Of a stretch of DNA of 64,000 nt, positions 13,201 through 24,871 are shown one piece after another. Source of the DNA: Dipteris shenzhenensis (Eukaryota); NCBI GenBank assembly GCA_047967505.1, contig CM106538.1; one strand, given 5' to 3'. Under the pieces are notes generated by a model. It was not told the origin of the DNA. It did no database searches and saw only the letters and a list, made by a program, of their open reading frames with translations. A program made the translations under genes and the position numbers. Positions within the stretch are counted from its first letter, which is position 1. Every line of letters starts with the position of its first letter.

Positions 13201-14058
13201 CAAAGCCTTCCCATGCATAAGACATATCATGAGAAGCATGCACCTGGAGAGGAGCAATGGCATGGTGGATCATATTCTTAAATATGCTGCATTAATATGT
13301 TTGAGACGGATGGTTTGTGCAGGCAGATCATCTGTGGGGCAGACCAAAGCTAAGAGTCATCCACAACGGAGCATGATTTGAGAGTGACAATGAATGATCT
13401 AGAGTGAGTTTGAGAGTAAATTCGAAAAACTGTTGGGCATTGAATAAATACCATCTGTCCAACCTGGCCCAATAATTGTGCAAAGCATTGTGATGATAAG
13501 TGTAGCCAGGCATAGCATGCTCCAAAGTTAACCATAAATCCTCTGCTTTAGTCTTTGCCATAAGGTGAGCCCACTGTCTCTTTTCTATCTGAAGCATATG
13601 TGATCTGCTTGTGGTATCGTCCCTGGGCAAGGGGGCATTATTAAAATCTCCTCTAAGAAAGGCAACCGACGTCCATAGATAGGATGCAATAGATTCCCAC
13701 ATGGTAGTCCTTATTGTAGAAGACTGAGAGGCATATACACCTGTAAATTCCCCGCAAATTCATAGATTTCTCCTTGGATACATGTCTGTATAACTATCCA
13801 TCTGCCAAGAGGATCATTGAAGGCAAGCACAGGCTATAAATCATGGCGGATCAACATGCAAATGCCCGAGAAATCCTTAGTACCCACATAAAAGATATCA
13901 TAGCCCCCAAAAAAACTAGCATGACTAGCCATGGAATGTTGATTATGCTCCTGTAAGCAGAGAACATCTGGCTGCCTAGTCAATACATAATTCCAAAGTA
14001 GCCTCCACTTAGAAGGATTGCAGAGACCTTGCACATTGAAAGTAATAGTATGAAACAT
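10290..14058 (-). pseudogene. LINE ORF2: AP endonuclease + reverse transcriptase + C-terminal Cys/His region, frameshifted
   Basis: ITFNVQGL, LCLQEH, GDFN, ARLDRWY, KSPGWDG, DWRPITL, KAFDTV, IRQGCPLS, AYADD, CLRC..HLLW. Confidence 0.93.
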
Positions 14059-14106
14059 AGGAGTATATACAAGAATTAGAAACCCAGAATATACAGACAT
14101 AAAAGT

Positions 14107-14915
14107 CTATGCATCTACCATCATAGGCTGCAGCCCTTCTTTTTCAATGTGAAAGGCCAATGCATCTTCTGACTCACAAAGTGGAATTTTTTTTTAAAGG
14201 ATTGCAGCCCAGTTTTGAAGGATTGGGGAGGGGGTTGAAGTGGAGGCTTGACCAAGGGTAGGGGCTGTCGCATCCCAGTGTCGAGACTCAAGAGGCCCCT
14301 GCCTCAAAACTTTCTTGGGCTGGTGGAAATTATCATTATCAATATTCTTGGCTTTCTCCTTGCCTTTATCTTTCCCTCTTTCTGTTACAGGCATCTGTGC
14401 AATCAATTTACCATTCTTGGCAACATTCTTATCGATGTTCTTCAGCGGAGGATTATCTTGCTTTTGAGCGGGCTGATTCTATGAAGGGGGAATGGCAAAA
14501 GATGGGGGAGGATGCAATACAGTAGGACCCTTAGAAGGCACATGGCCAAAATTGTGGCATGAAAAGCAAGCACCTGCAAAGGTTTCCCATTTCAGTTCAA
14601 AATACACAATACACAATGCACTTGTTTAATTGGCAGTCCTTCAACCTCCACTGCAATGGAGGGAGGAGTGGGGATATCTGTGTCCCACAATACACAAAAC
14701 TTGTTTTGATTTCTTGCATGACAGGGTGGGCAAATCACTTGGCCCAAGGCTACTGCCAATGCAGGTAGTTCATGTCTCATGTAGTCTGGAAAATTGACCA
14801 CCTCCACCCAGACTCGACAATGGTGTCGAACAAGGCTTTGATAATCTTTGTTTGGTGACCATGGCATGGCATAAACCATCTGTCTACCATAAAATAGACG
14901 GGACAACTTAAGCAA
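14107..14915 (-). pseudogene. LINE ORF1, 3' part
   Basis: PWSP..CRVWVEVVNFP and a zinc-knuckle remnant CFSCHNFGH. Joins in frame to 23984-24382 once the insertion is removed. Confidence 0.8.
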
Positions 14916-16123
14916 CACAATAAGACAAAGCACCTACAGAGGCGCACACAGACACGTTTACTCAACTAAAAAAAAACTTACGGGCACGTCTATTTGCACG
15001 TCTACTCGTGCGTCTACAGACTCATGTCTAAAGGCGCATCTATAGAGCAGACAGACGTGCCTATAGACATGCATATAGATGCGTAACTAGACGCTCTCTT
15101 AGAAAATTTAAAAAACAAAAAGATGCATCCTTAAACACGTTTATAGATGCATTTATAGATGCGCTTATAGACGCGTTTGTAGACACGCAAATAGATGCCC
15201 CTCGAACAGACAGATGCATATATAGACGCGTTTATAGATGCCTTGATAGACGAGCTACACAATATTTTTTAAATTTTGTGTGCTTGAACAGAATGCTGTG
15301 TATGATGTGTATGCTATGTAGTTACAGGAATCCCATTTCCACATTGTGTAATTCAATTCTTCCAGCCAACTGCATTTTAATTAGCACTCTTACAAGCACA
15401 TCTATAGCCGACAATTACAATTCCAAATAAAAAATTACAACTCCAAAACGTTTAGTTCACAAGGCATTAATTGATAGAACGTTGCACAAGAAAATTGAAA
15501 GACAAAAATAAAAAGAGTGTATATTAATTCATAGCTCAAAAAGTGCTTGTATGTACATATAGCACAAAGCTAAGCCACGTCTTGTGGCTTCAAGTACCAA
15601 AAATAAGAGGAGTGTATATAAAAGAGGCACGAAGCCAAGCTAGTGGCTTTAAGTACAAAAAAGAGTAGCTAGCACTACTTCTACGACTAATCTAAGTTCT
15701 CCACTTCCTTGCTCCCTTCTATGCTCCCTTCTGTGCTCCTTCTCTGCCTCCTTCCTCGTCTTCTTCCTCATCTTCTTGTGTAGGGTCTTGTAAACAAGGG
15801 ACAACATATATCAATGTATGAAAAATCAAATCTTTACTTATAATATTGACATTATTTAGTTACTTTCAAAAATACCTCGGGGGGCGCTCCAGTAGCCCGG
15901 ATATACTGCTCCTTAGTAATCAACCCGTTATTATAGAAGTGCCTCCATGTATCTCCTCTATGATGGTGGCGGTGGTAGGCTGTCTCGACAAGAGTAGGGT
16001 ACTTGCCCATGATATCAAGCTGCAAGATGACACAATTTGCGGAGGGGTTAGTACAAAGAAACAACCTCTTAATAAACTACATAAACAATATAATTTGAGA
16101 TCGATACCTACAAATTGGGCCTC

Positions 16124-19100
16124 CACAACAACACAAAGTAATTATAGACGTGCTTGATAGACATGCAAAATAGTGGGTGCATCTATAGGCATTGCTTGAA
16201 TAGAGAAATAACACGTCTAACAGCTCGTCTATTTGCGTGTATATTAACACGTCTATTTGCATGTCTACACTGAGAAAATACGAGCTCGTCTAACATTGTG
16301 TTTATCAACGTGTCTATTTGTGCATGTATTAGTGCGTCTATTAGCACGTTTACACTGGGAATTAGACACGTATTGAGACGCATATTTAGATGCAAAACAG
16401 AGAATACAGAAAGTGAGATTTTGGTATATATCATTGCTTTCCAAACATTGCCCATGATTACCAAAGCACATAATTTTAACAAAAACATCAATGCTTTTTT
16501 GCAAGCCCACATATACAAGAATTAAGTGAGGTGAGGAGAATGAGACAATATGTAACATAGTTTTGCCAATATCAATGATGGGCTACGGTCCAATCTCATC
16601 CTCAATGAGATCAACCCTTGCCAATCTATCTACTTCAAAATCCAAACAAGTGTTTAGATCTACAAATACATTCAACCCACTACTACTTGTGCTACTCATG
16701 TGCTCATCGAAATCAGCATCACCAATGGTAGGCTCGTCCTCACAGGTTATGGCCTCAATATCTGTATCTCCTATCTCATGATCATCCTCCTCTCTCGTAT
16801 CATGGTCATCATCACGTCCATGGCCATGATCATCCTCCATATGCTCCATATTAGTAAATGTACTATACATCACTTTGGAATGTGGCATAATAGGTATGAC
16901 ATGCCACCATCTATTATTATCCACCATTGGTTGATAAACAATCTAATTCAAACACAAATATAATCATGTTATTTTCCTTGCATCAAATATTTAAAAGCGA
17001 GTATTTTTATATGTGTGCACAGTACCTATTCACATTGTTGCGGTAGTGCTAGTGTGTACTTTCTACTTTGCCAAAACTTTGTGGAGTCAATAGCTACAAA
17101 GCCACTTGCATGGCGTTTGATTGTTGCATTAGGGTCTCTTTCCACCATGTCCTTAAACCACTTTACATCCAAAACATACACAAAGAAGCGTCAAAAGTCA
17201 AGCTTAATAATATCTTGGATTATGCCACAATAATCATCCATGGCTCCATTGGCTCCCTCAAAGCTAGTAATGATGCTGCAATCTTGTGTGTTTCTCTTAT
17301 CATCAATCCATTGTGTTCGAAAATGCTTGCCCTCACACAATATAGCATTGAACATAGTGCACTACATCAAGAAAAAATCAATTAAATAAGCAATCTAAAT
17401 TATTGAAAGCTCCTAACTTATGCATAACATTTTATATACCGACCTTGCTCATGCATCCCCTAGCATACTCCCATTCTTTCATTGTGATATGCATCCCCTC
17501 GTCTTTCTCTGCTTTCTCCATTTCATCAAGTAGCTAATCCAATGAATATCCTTTGGAAGTGCTCTTAGATATTGAGGGTATGGTACACGAGATCCGTGGT
17601 GTGTACGAAAGAGGGCCCTTTCTTCTTGTCTTCTTACCTTTGCACCCTCGTATCTTGTCACCCATCTTTTCATCACATCACTATTAACCACGCAATAGAG
17701 GTTGATACTATTACGCAACTTCGTGTCTATTACTTTGTTGCGTTCTTTCCCTTGAGGCACAATAGATGTCATCCTTAGGTCTTCATCATCTCTCCATAGT
17801 CGTGGGAGAGAGCTATCCACATCAACAAGAAACTCAGAAATATATACAAGTGACTCTTGTACCAACCAACCCTCAGCCATGCTACCTTTGGGTCTTGCAT
17901 TTTGTCTCACGAAGCCCTTCAAGGTCTTCATGAAGCGCTCGAGGAAGAACAACCATCGTGCATGTATAGTACTGCATATAGCAATCTCATCCACCAAATG
18001 CACTATAAGATGTAGTTGGCTTGTGAGAATAGAACGTGGAAATGTCTCCTCCACTAAACAAACCACCTCCACTGACATAACTCAAGCATTCTCAAGCATG
18101 GTGGGATCTATTTCCTTTGAGCTCACATACCTAGAAATGAAAAAGTACACCATATTAGCAATATGAACACCTTGCATGGAGCATTGAGACGCATCATATT
18201 TTGTATCATGTAAAGTACCTCACAAGCTCGTCCATCTTGTAAATACAATCTTTCACGTCATTCGATGCACTACGTGAAATGCTAGTAGGTAGTATGAACT
18301 GAACCCACGAGGAGGTGGTTGATTAGTTGCTCTGCAATGGATTTGCACTTGAACATATGTTGGATGCGAGGGATTATGGGAAAACGTTACAGAACCTTAC
18401 GAGGCACGTCCAAAGTTTTGAGATCTGCTCTATATCTTGCCTCTCCACAAGTAGGGCACTCTCTTGCATCCTTATGTAGTCCATGAAACAAAACGCAATC
18501 GTTGACGCGAGGTTGACGCATGCATGGATGCGCTTGTAATCTAATCCTCCAAGAGAGGTCACATGTTGTCTTGCCATATCTCTTGAGGTTGGTAATTTAT
18601 TCTCCCTTGGAAGCATTTTACACAATAGCCTGCACATGAAGACCATAAATGAGGAAAAGCATTCAAGTAATTGACGCACTAGCATAATTCACCATGTTTG
18701 CAAAATAGACTTCAAAGCTTACTTGAGTAATGCATTCAAACTTGCATTGCTCCATCCATAGATGGTTTGCAAGTTTAGTAACTCAAGGGAGGCACGTAGA
18801 ACAGAGAATGTGCACCCCTCAAACAGTGGAGTCGATGCTGCAGTAAAAAGATCATCCTGCTCCCTCCCTGCTCCATGCTATAATCCCTCCCTTGACGGAC
18901 ATATAAATCCCGCACCATATCATCAAACACCTCCTCCTCCACGGCTTCATGAGGTAATGGTGGAGGGCTACTATAACCATCACTCCATGCATCCGTAATA
19001 GTCCCTCCTGAAGATCCCACCTCATATCGTCGACGCTTCGCCTCCTCACGGTGAGCATAGGGCAACATATGCAGGTGTGGCACTTCATCCTGTATCAAAT

Positions 19101-19989
19101 TAAAACAGGATCATAACTCAAACATATGAACACCCATAGGTATCTCAATCAACCTTAACTCTTTAACACTTACCATGTTTACGGTCGCATCCCATTCATA
19201 CATTGATATATGTTGTCCCTTATTTATAGGTCCCTGCACAAGAAGACGAGGAAGAAGACGAGGAAGGAGGCAGAGAAGGGAGCACAAAAGGGAGCGCAAA
19301 AGGGAGCGTGGAAGGGAGCGAGGACATGGAGAACATAGATTAGTCATAGAAGTAGTGCTAGCTACTCTTTTTTGTACTTAAAGCCACTGGCTTGGCTTCG
19401 TGCCTCTTGTATATACGCTCTTATTTTTTGTACTTGAAGCCACATGATGTGGCTTAGCTTCGTGCTATATGTACATACAAGCACTTTTTGAGCTTTCAAT
19501 TTTATTGCGTTTTGGAGTTGTAATGTTTTATTTGGAATTGTAATTAAAATGCGGTTGGCTGTAAGAATTGAATAACACAATGTGGAAATGGGATTCTTGT
19601 AACTATATAGCATACACAACATACACAGCATCCTGTAAATTAAAAAATATATATTATGTAGCGCGTCTATCAGTGCGTCTATAAACGCGTCTATATACGC
19701 ATCTGTCTGTTCGAGAAGCATCTATTTGCACGTCTATAAACACGTCTATAAGACCGTTTATAAATATGTCTATACACGCATTTAACGATGCGTCTATTTG
19801 TCTTTTAAATTTTTTAGCAGAACGTCTATTTACACATCTAGATGCGTGTCTATCTACTATATAGATGTGCTATTAGACGCGGGTCTCTAGACACGGAAAT
19901 AGACACGCAAATAGATGCACCCATAAGTTTTCTTTTTAGTTCAGTAAACGCGTCTATGTGCACGTCTGTGGGTGCTTTGTCTTGTTGTG
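16124..19989. mobile_element. CACAA-terminus CMC/EnSpm transposon, nested inverted copy (3866 bp, internally deleted)
   Basis: Ends CACAACAACACAAAG... and ...GCTTTGTCTTGTTGTG. TSD CTC at 16121-16123 and 19990-19992. The empty site matches uninterrupted ORF2 at ~3680-3710. Confidence 0.92.
16583..19195 (-). pseudogene. TnpD-like transposase remnants of the nested copy
   Basis: IHACVN region, deletion, HLIVHLVDEI..WLFFLERFMKTLKGFVRQNARPKGSMAEG (DUF4218-like), YCGIIQDIIKLDF..DVKWF (DUF4216-like), then an acidic C-terminal exon. Confidence 0.88.
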
Positions 19990-20983
19990 CTCCCATGATT
20001 CAACACCCCCTGCCCCAAAATGCACGCTTCCATATTGCTCCATTTGGATCCTTCGTGCCTCCATGTGCTGCAGACTAGGTTCCTCCTTCGCTGACTTCAT
20101 TGCTTTCTTCCACTCACGCTTGTGAGCGGTGTGGGATGGGCCCCTTGGTGGTTGACCTCCCTCGAGCCTGGCAAGCTCCGCTAGTGCCTGCCTCTTAAGC
20201 GAAGATCTTTTATTGCCAAGTATCATAACAATCTTTGACTTGGCCCATTTATCTGTGAACTGAACATTGGGGGGGTTAGGATACCTAGAGCGACCAGCAG
20301 CGAGGGTCTCATCAGCCAACCTCTTTGGATGGTCTTTGTAGTGAATAAAGCAATCTTTGTAATTGTTAGCAATTACAGAGTGCATGAAGGCCATGATGTC
20401 CTTCCCCTATGCATCCATCAAGATGCCTCCTGTCTGAGTGATGTCATAGAAGATCGTATCCGGAGGCACATCTAAATCATCTGAATCATCCTCATCCCCA
20501 CCACCACCCCTCCCAAAGCACTGTGCCGTGCATCCCCCACCGTTCTCCCTACTACTACGCCTTCTACTGTGTCGAGCTAGTACGCTGGCTAGTCGTAGCT
20601 AGAGAAGCGACTCTCGATTGCATAGGACTACGTGGACCACTCATTGCTGGAGCACCGAGTCTCGACTGCACGGGAGTACGCCGATGGCTCTACGAGGCAG
20701 AAGGGCCTCCTGAAGGCATCGGGGAAGGGGCATAGGATGGCATGGGGGAAGGGGCTTGGCTGTGTAGCCGGTTGGGTTGTGTTGACTCCGCTGGGGTAAT
20801 CTCAGCTGGTGTGGGGTTGGGGTAGTTTGAAGTCTGTAGTGCCGACTCCTGGGGGGTGTTTAGAGTACCAGTCATGTAGCTATATAACTCCCCAGGTTTG
20901 GGAGGGTGCCCCAAAAGGTTATATAACTCCCGAAAGATGGTCTCCCGAAGATCAGGTGAGCCTGAAGAGCTTCTTGGCCACAT
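19990..20983 (-). pseudogene. ORF2 of the outer CACAA element (continues at 16123->~15690 beyond the nested copy)
   Basis: MWPRSSSGSPDLRETIFRELYNLLGHPP...HFGAGGVESWE|AQF. Homologous to 2716-3946. Confidence 0.75.
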
Positions 20984-20993
20984 GATGAACTGG

Positions 20994-21580
20994 AAAAAAG
21001 AAAAAAAGAAGATTACTGATGAGCTGAGAAGAGGAAAAGAAGAGAAAAAGAGAGGAAAAGAGAGAAGGAAAGAGAGTAGAAAAGAGAGGAAAAGTGGGGA
21101 TAGAAGAGAGGAGAAAGGAGAGAAAAAGAGAGGAGAAAAAGAGAGAAAAAGTGGGGATAAAAGAGAGGAGAAAGGAGAGGAAAAGAGAGGAGAAAAAGAG
21201 AGAAAAAGTGGGGATAAAAGAGAGGAGAAAGGAGAGGAAAAGAGAGGAAAAGAGAGGAGAAAAAAAGAGAGAAAAAGAGAGGAGAGAAGAGAGAAAAATT
21301 ACTACGAAAAGAGAAGGAAAGAGAGGATAAAAGAGAGAAGGAAAGAGAGGAAAATAGAGGAAAAGAGAGGAGAAAAAAAGAGAGAAAAAAAGAGGAGATA
21401 AGAGAGAAAAAGAGAGACAAAAAGAGAGGATAAAAGAGAGAAGGAAGGAGAGGAAAATAGAAGAAAAGAGAGGAGAAAAAAAGAGAGAAAAAAAGAGGAG
21501 ATAAGAGGGAAAAAGGGAGACAAAAAGAGAAGGAAAGAGAGGATAAAAGAGAGAAGGAAAAAGAGAGGAAAATATAGAGT
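20994..21580. repeat. Polypurine (A/G) degenerate tandem tract upstream of ORF2
   Basis: About 590 bp almost purely A/G with ~59-bp recurring units. The equivalent tract in copy A (2580-2710) is much shorter. Confidence 0.85.
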
Positions 21581-22527
21581 GCAATCCCTTTTTTCAATCA
21601 TGCTTTACCTTTCCATCATTCATGCAATCCCCTTCTTCAATCATGCAATCCCTTTCCATCATTCATGCAATCCCTTTCTTCATTCATGCAATCACTTATT
21701 TCCATCAATCAATATGCAATCCTTTTCTTGGAAGTGGAAGCGGAAAGGGAAAGGGAAGAGGAAAGAGAAAGGAAAGGAAAGGGAAGGGAAGGGAAGGCCA
21801 GGCTAGGGAAAAATAACAAAGCGCGTATAACAGTGCGTCTAGAGACGTGGCTATTTGTTTCCAAAAATAGAGTAGACGCGTCTATAGACGCTCTCAGATG
21901 CATCTATAGACGTGCTCCGACAGACGGACTATTCTAAAAACTTGAAAAGGACATGCGCTTGACATAAAAGCACAACACTAGTACCAAAAACATTTGTTTC
22001 TTGGATACGACAAAGGATGAATCCAAAGAGAGCAACTTTCAAAGAAGATCAACCGTAAAGAGACTTACCTTGGATAGAGGTATGGAAGCTTCTTGTCCTT
22101 CTTCAAAGCTGCTTCTCTTTCTTCTCTTCCTTGTTCACCCTTTGCTTCTCTTTCTTCTCTTCCTTATTCACCCTCTTCTCTTGTGTGCTTGGAGATGATT
22201 GTGTAAGCTTGGAGATAAGTGTGGGTGCTTGGAGATAAGTGTGGATGCTTGAAACTATGTCTGTTAATAGCAAAGCAAGCCGCGCGACGCTAAAAGTATG
22301 TGAAGAAAAGCAAGCACGCTAAAAGTAGGTTTGAAAATCATGTCTCATTGCACGTCTATATACGCATCTAAATGCACGTCTACAACACGGTTTAGACACG
22401 CCTATAGACGCGTACCACAGAACAGATGCAATTTTAGACACGGTATTAGATGCGGTATTAGACGCACCACAGAGTTTTAAGATTCAATATTTGATACAAG
22501 AGCAAATTTTTTGGATTTATTTGTAGG

Positions 22528-23530
22528 ATGTCTTCATCTTCAACAAGTAGCTCCAGTGAGGATGAATCCCTCCGTATCCACCATCGCGAAATGTGGTTGG
22601 AGCAAAAAATCAAATATATGTGTGATCGATGTCGAGGAAACATGTATCGTGCACGCAGGATTACACTCAATCACATCTCAAAGTATGGAGAATGGGATGT
22701 GACCGTAAACATGGTAAGTGTTAAAGAGTTAAGGTTGATTGAGATACCTATGATGTACTTTTTCAATTCTAGGTATGTGAGCTCAAAGGAAATAGATCCC
22801 ACCACGCTTGAGAATGCTCGAGTTATGTCAGTGGAGGTGGTTTGTTAATTAGTGGAGGAGACATTTCCACATTCTATTCTCACAAGCCAACTACATCTCA
22901 TAGTGCATTTGGTGGATGAGATTGCTATATGCGGTACTATACATGCACGATGGTTGTTCTTCCTCGAGCGCTTCATGAAGACCTTGAAGGGTTTCGTGAG
23001 ACAAAATGCAAGACCCAAAGGTAGCATGGCTGAGGGTTGGTTGGTACAAGAGTCACTTGTATATATTTCTAAGTTTCTTGTTGATGTGGACAGCTCTCTC
23101 CCACGACTATGGAGAGATGATGAAGACCTAAGGATGACCTCTATTGTGCCTTAAGGGAAAGGACGCAACAAAGTAATAGACACGGATGGTGGATAATAAT
23201 AGATGGTGGCATGTGATACCTATTATGCCACGTTCCAAAGTGATGTATAGTACATTTACTAATATGGAGCGTATGGAGGATGTTCATGGCCATGGAGGTG
23301 ATGATGACCGTGATACGAGAGAGGAGGATGATCATGAGATAGGAGATACAGATATTGAGGCCATTACCCGTGAGGACGAGCCTACCATTGGTGATGCTGA
23401 TTTCGATGAGCACATGAGTAGCACAAGTAGTAGTGGGTTAAATGTATTTGTAGATCTAAACACTTGTTTGGATTTTGAAGTAGATAGTTTGGCAAGGGTT
23501 GATCTCATTAAGGATGAGATTGAACTGTAG
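22528..23530 (+). pseudogene. TnpD-like transposase of the outer copy, with large internal deletions
   Basis: Exon 1 (MSSSSTSSSSEDESLR...) is fused at ~22750 to the DUF4218-like exon and at ~23184 to the last exon. The catalytic Transposase_21 core is absent. Confidence 0.88.
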
Positions 23531-23983
23531 CCCATCATTGATATTGGCAAAACTATGTTACATATTGTCTCATTCTCCTCACCTCACTTAATTTTTGTAT
23601 ATGTGGGTTTGCAAAAAAGCATTGATGTTTTTGTTAAAATTATGTGCTTTGCTAATCATGGGCAATGTTTGGAAAGCAATGATGTACACCAAAATCTCAC
23701 TTTCTGTATTCTCTATTTTGCATCTAAATACACGTCTAATTCTCAGTGTAGACGCACTAATAGATGCGCAAATACACACGCAAATAGACGTGCTGTTAGT
23801 CGGAGTGTTAGACGGCGGGCTCGTATTTTCTCAATGTAGACGCGCTAATAGACGTGTCAATACACGCGTAGTTAAATGCGCTGTTAGACGCACTGTTAGA
23901 CGTGTCCGTAATTTCTCTATTCAAGTAACGCCTATAGACGCGCCTGCTATTTTGCGCATCTATAGTTGCTTTGTGTTGTTGTG

Positions 23984-24382
23984 CAATCTTTGCTTTTGCA
24001 TAGCATCTGTTAGGTGTATCTCATAAAAGCTGTGGGAAGCAAAGTACACTCCCTCTACATAGCATCCGCCCAGACTGGATTGAATCCATTGTGCTACATC
24101 ATTTGCAGAGGGAAAGAAAATGATTACTGCAGTTTGAGCCAATTTTTTGAGAGGTTCGACGAGAGCCGAAAGCCTCATCTTATATGTCACCTGTGGCACA
24201 GGCTTACCCCAATCTTGGCATGATTGGTGGAAGTCATCTTTCAAAGTGTCAAAGACATATTTTGCTTCAGCATCCATGTCGATTTCACCACAATCTGAGT
24301 CTGTACATCTTCTTTTTGCCTCTAGATTGTGGTCCTTTCTAGCATGCCTTGTAAGAGCAGCATCGGTTTGTATGGAGGCCAT
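23984..24382 (-). pseudogene. LINE ORF1, 5' part
   Basis: ORF 24382->23984 ends ...DAMQKQRL and continues as LKLSRLFYGRQMVYAMPW at 14912. Confidence 0.8.
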
Positions 24383-24719
24383 TTGGGAAGGAGAAGTTTA
24401 TGGACAAAAGGAGGGGTAGAAAAAAGCGAGGTATAAAATAGGAAGAGGTGGATAGGTAAAATGAAAGCTAAGAAGGAAGGGAAAGGGGGCGAGTGTTTGC
24501 AGGCAGAGCAAAGGCTGATTTGAAGAAGAACAAGGGGCAGGCAGCAAAAACAGAGAATCGCTAGCAGAAATTCAGCAACAAGTTGAGGGAAATTTGACGA
24601 ATCAGAGCCTGAGGAGGAAGGGGGCAGGTGCGACTGACTTACATCAGGTCCGGGGGCATGAAATCAGGTCGGACAGGCAAGGTTCTTCAGGGCGGGTTGT
24701 AGAAGCTCCTCTACACAGC

Positions 24720-24804
24720 ACACACACTCTCTCTCTCACACACATGCACACACACACACATTCACATGATCATACTTAATACATACTTTAGCACACATAT
24801 ACAC

Positions 24805-24866
<62 letters not shown>
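24720..24866. repeat. (CA)n microsatellite region
   Basis: Directly visible. Confidence 0.9.

Positions 24867-24871
<5 letters not shown>

Larger units (their letters stand above)
14916..23983. mobile_element. CACAA-terminus CMC/EnSpm transposon, outer copy (9068 bp including the nested copy)
   Basis: Left end CACAATAAGACAAAGCA; right end reverse complement CACAACAACACAAAGCA. TSD CAA at 14913-14915 and 23984-23986. Subterminal TAGACGC/GCGTCTA repeats. Confidence 0.92.
10210..24717 (-). mobile_element. Near full-length L1/Tx1-type LINE (~5.4 kb without the 9-kb insertion)
   Basis: ORF1 (24382->23984 plus 14915->14107), then ORF2 with APE-RT-zinc-finger order, and a T-tract (poly-A) at 10210-10217. 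Candidate TSD GCACACAC at 10202-10209 and 24718-24725. Confidence 0.85.

Noticed and set aside
20898-21601. K/E/R-rich and F/S/L-rich ORFs
   Set aside because: Artefacts of the polypurine tract.
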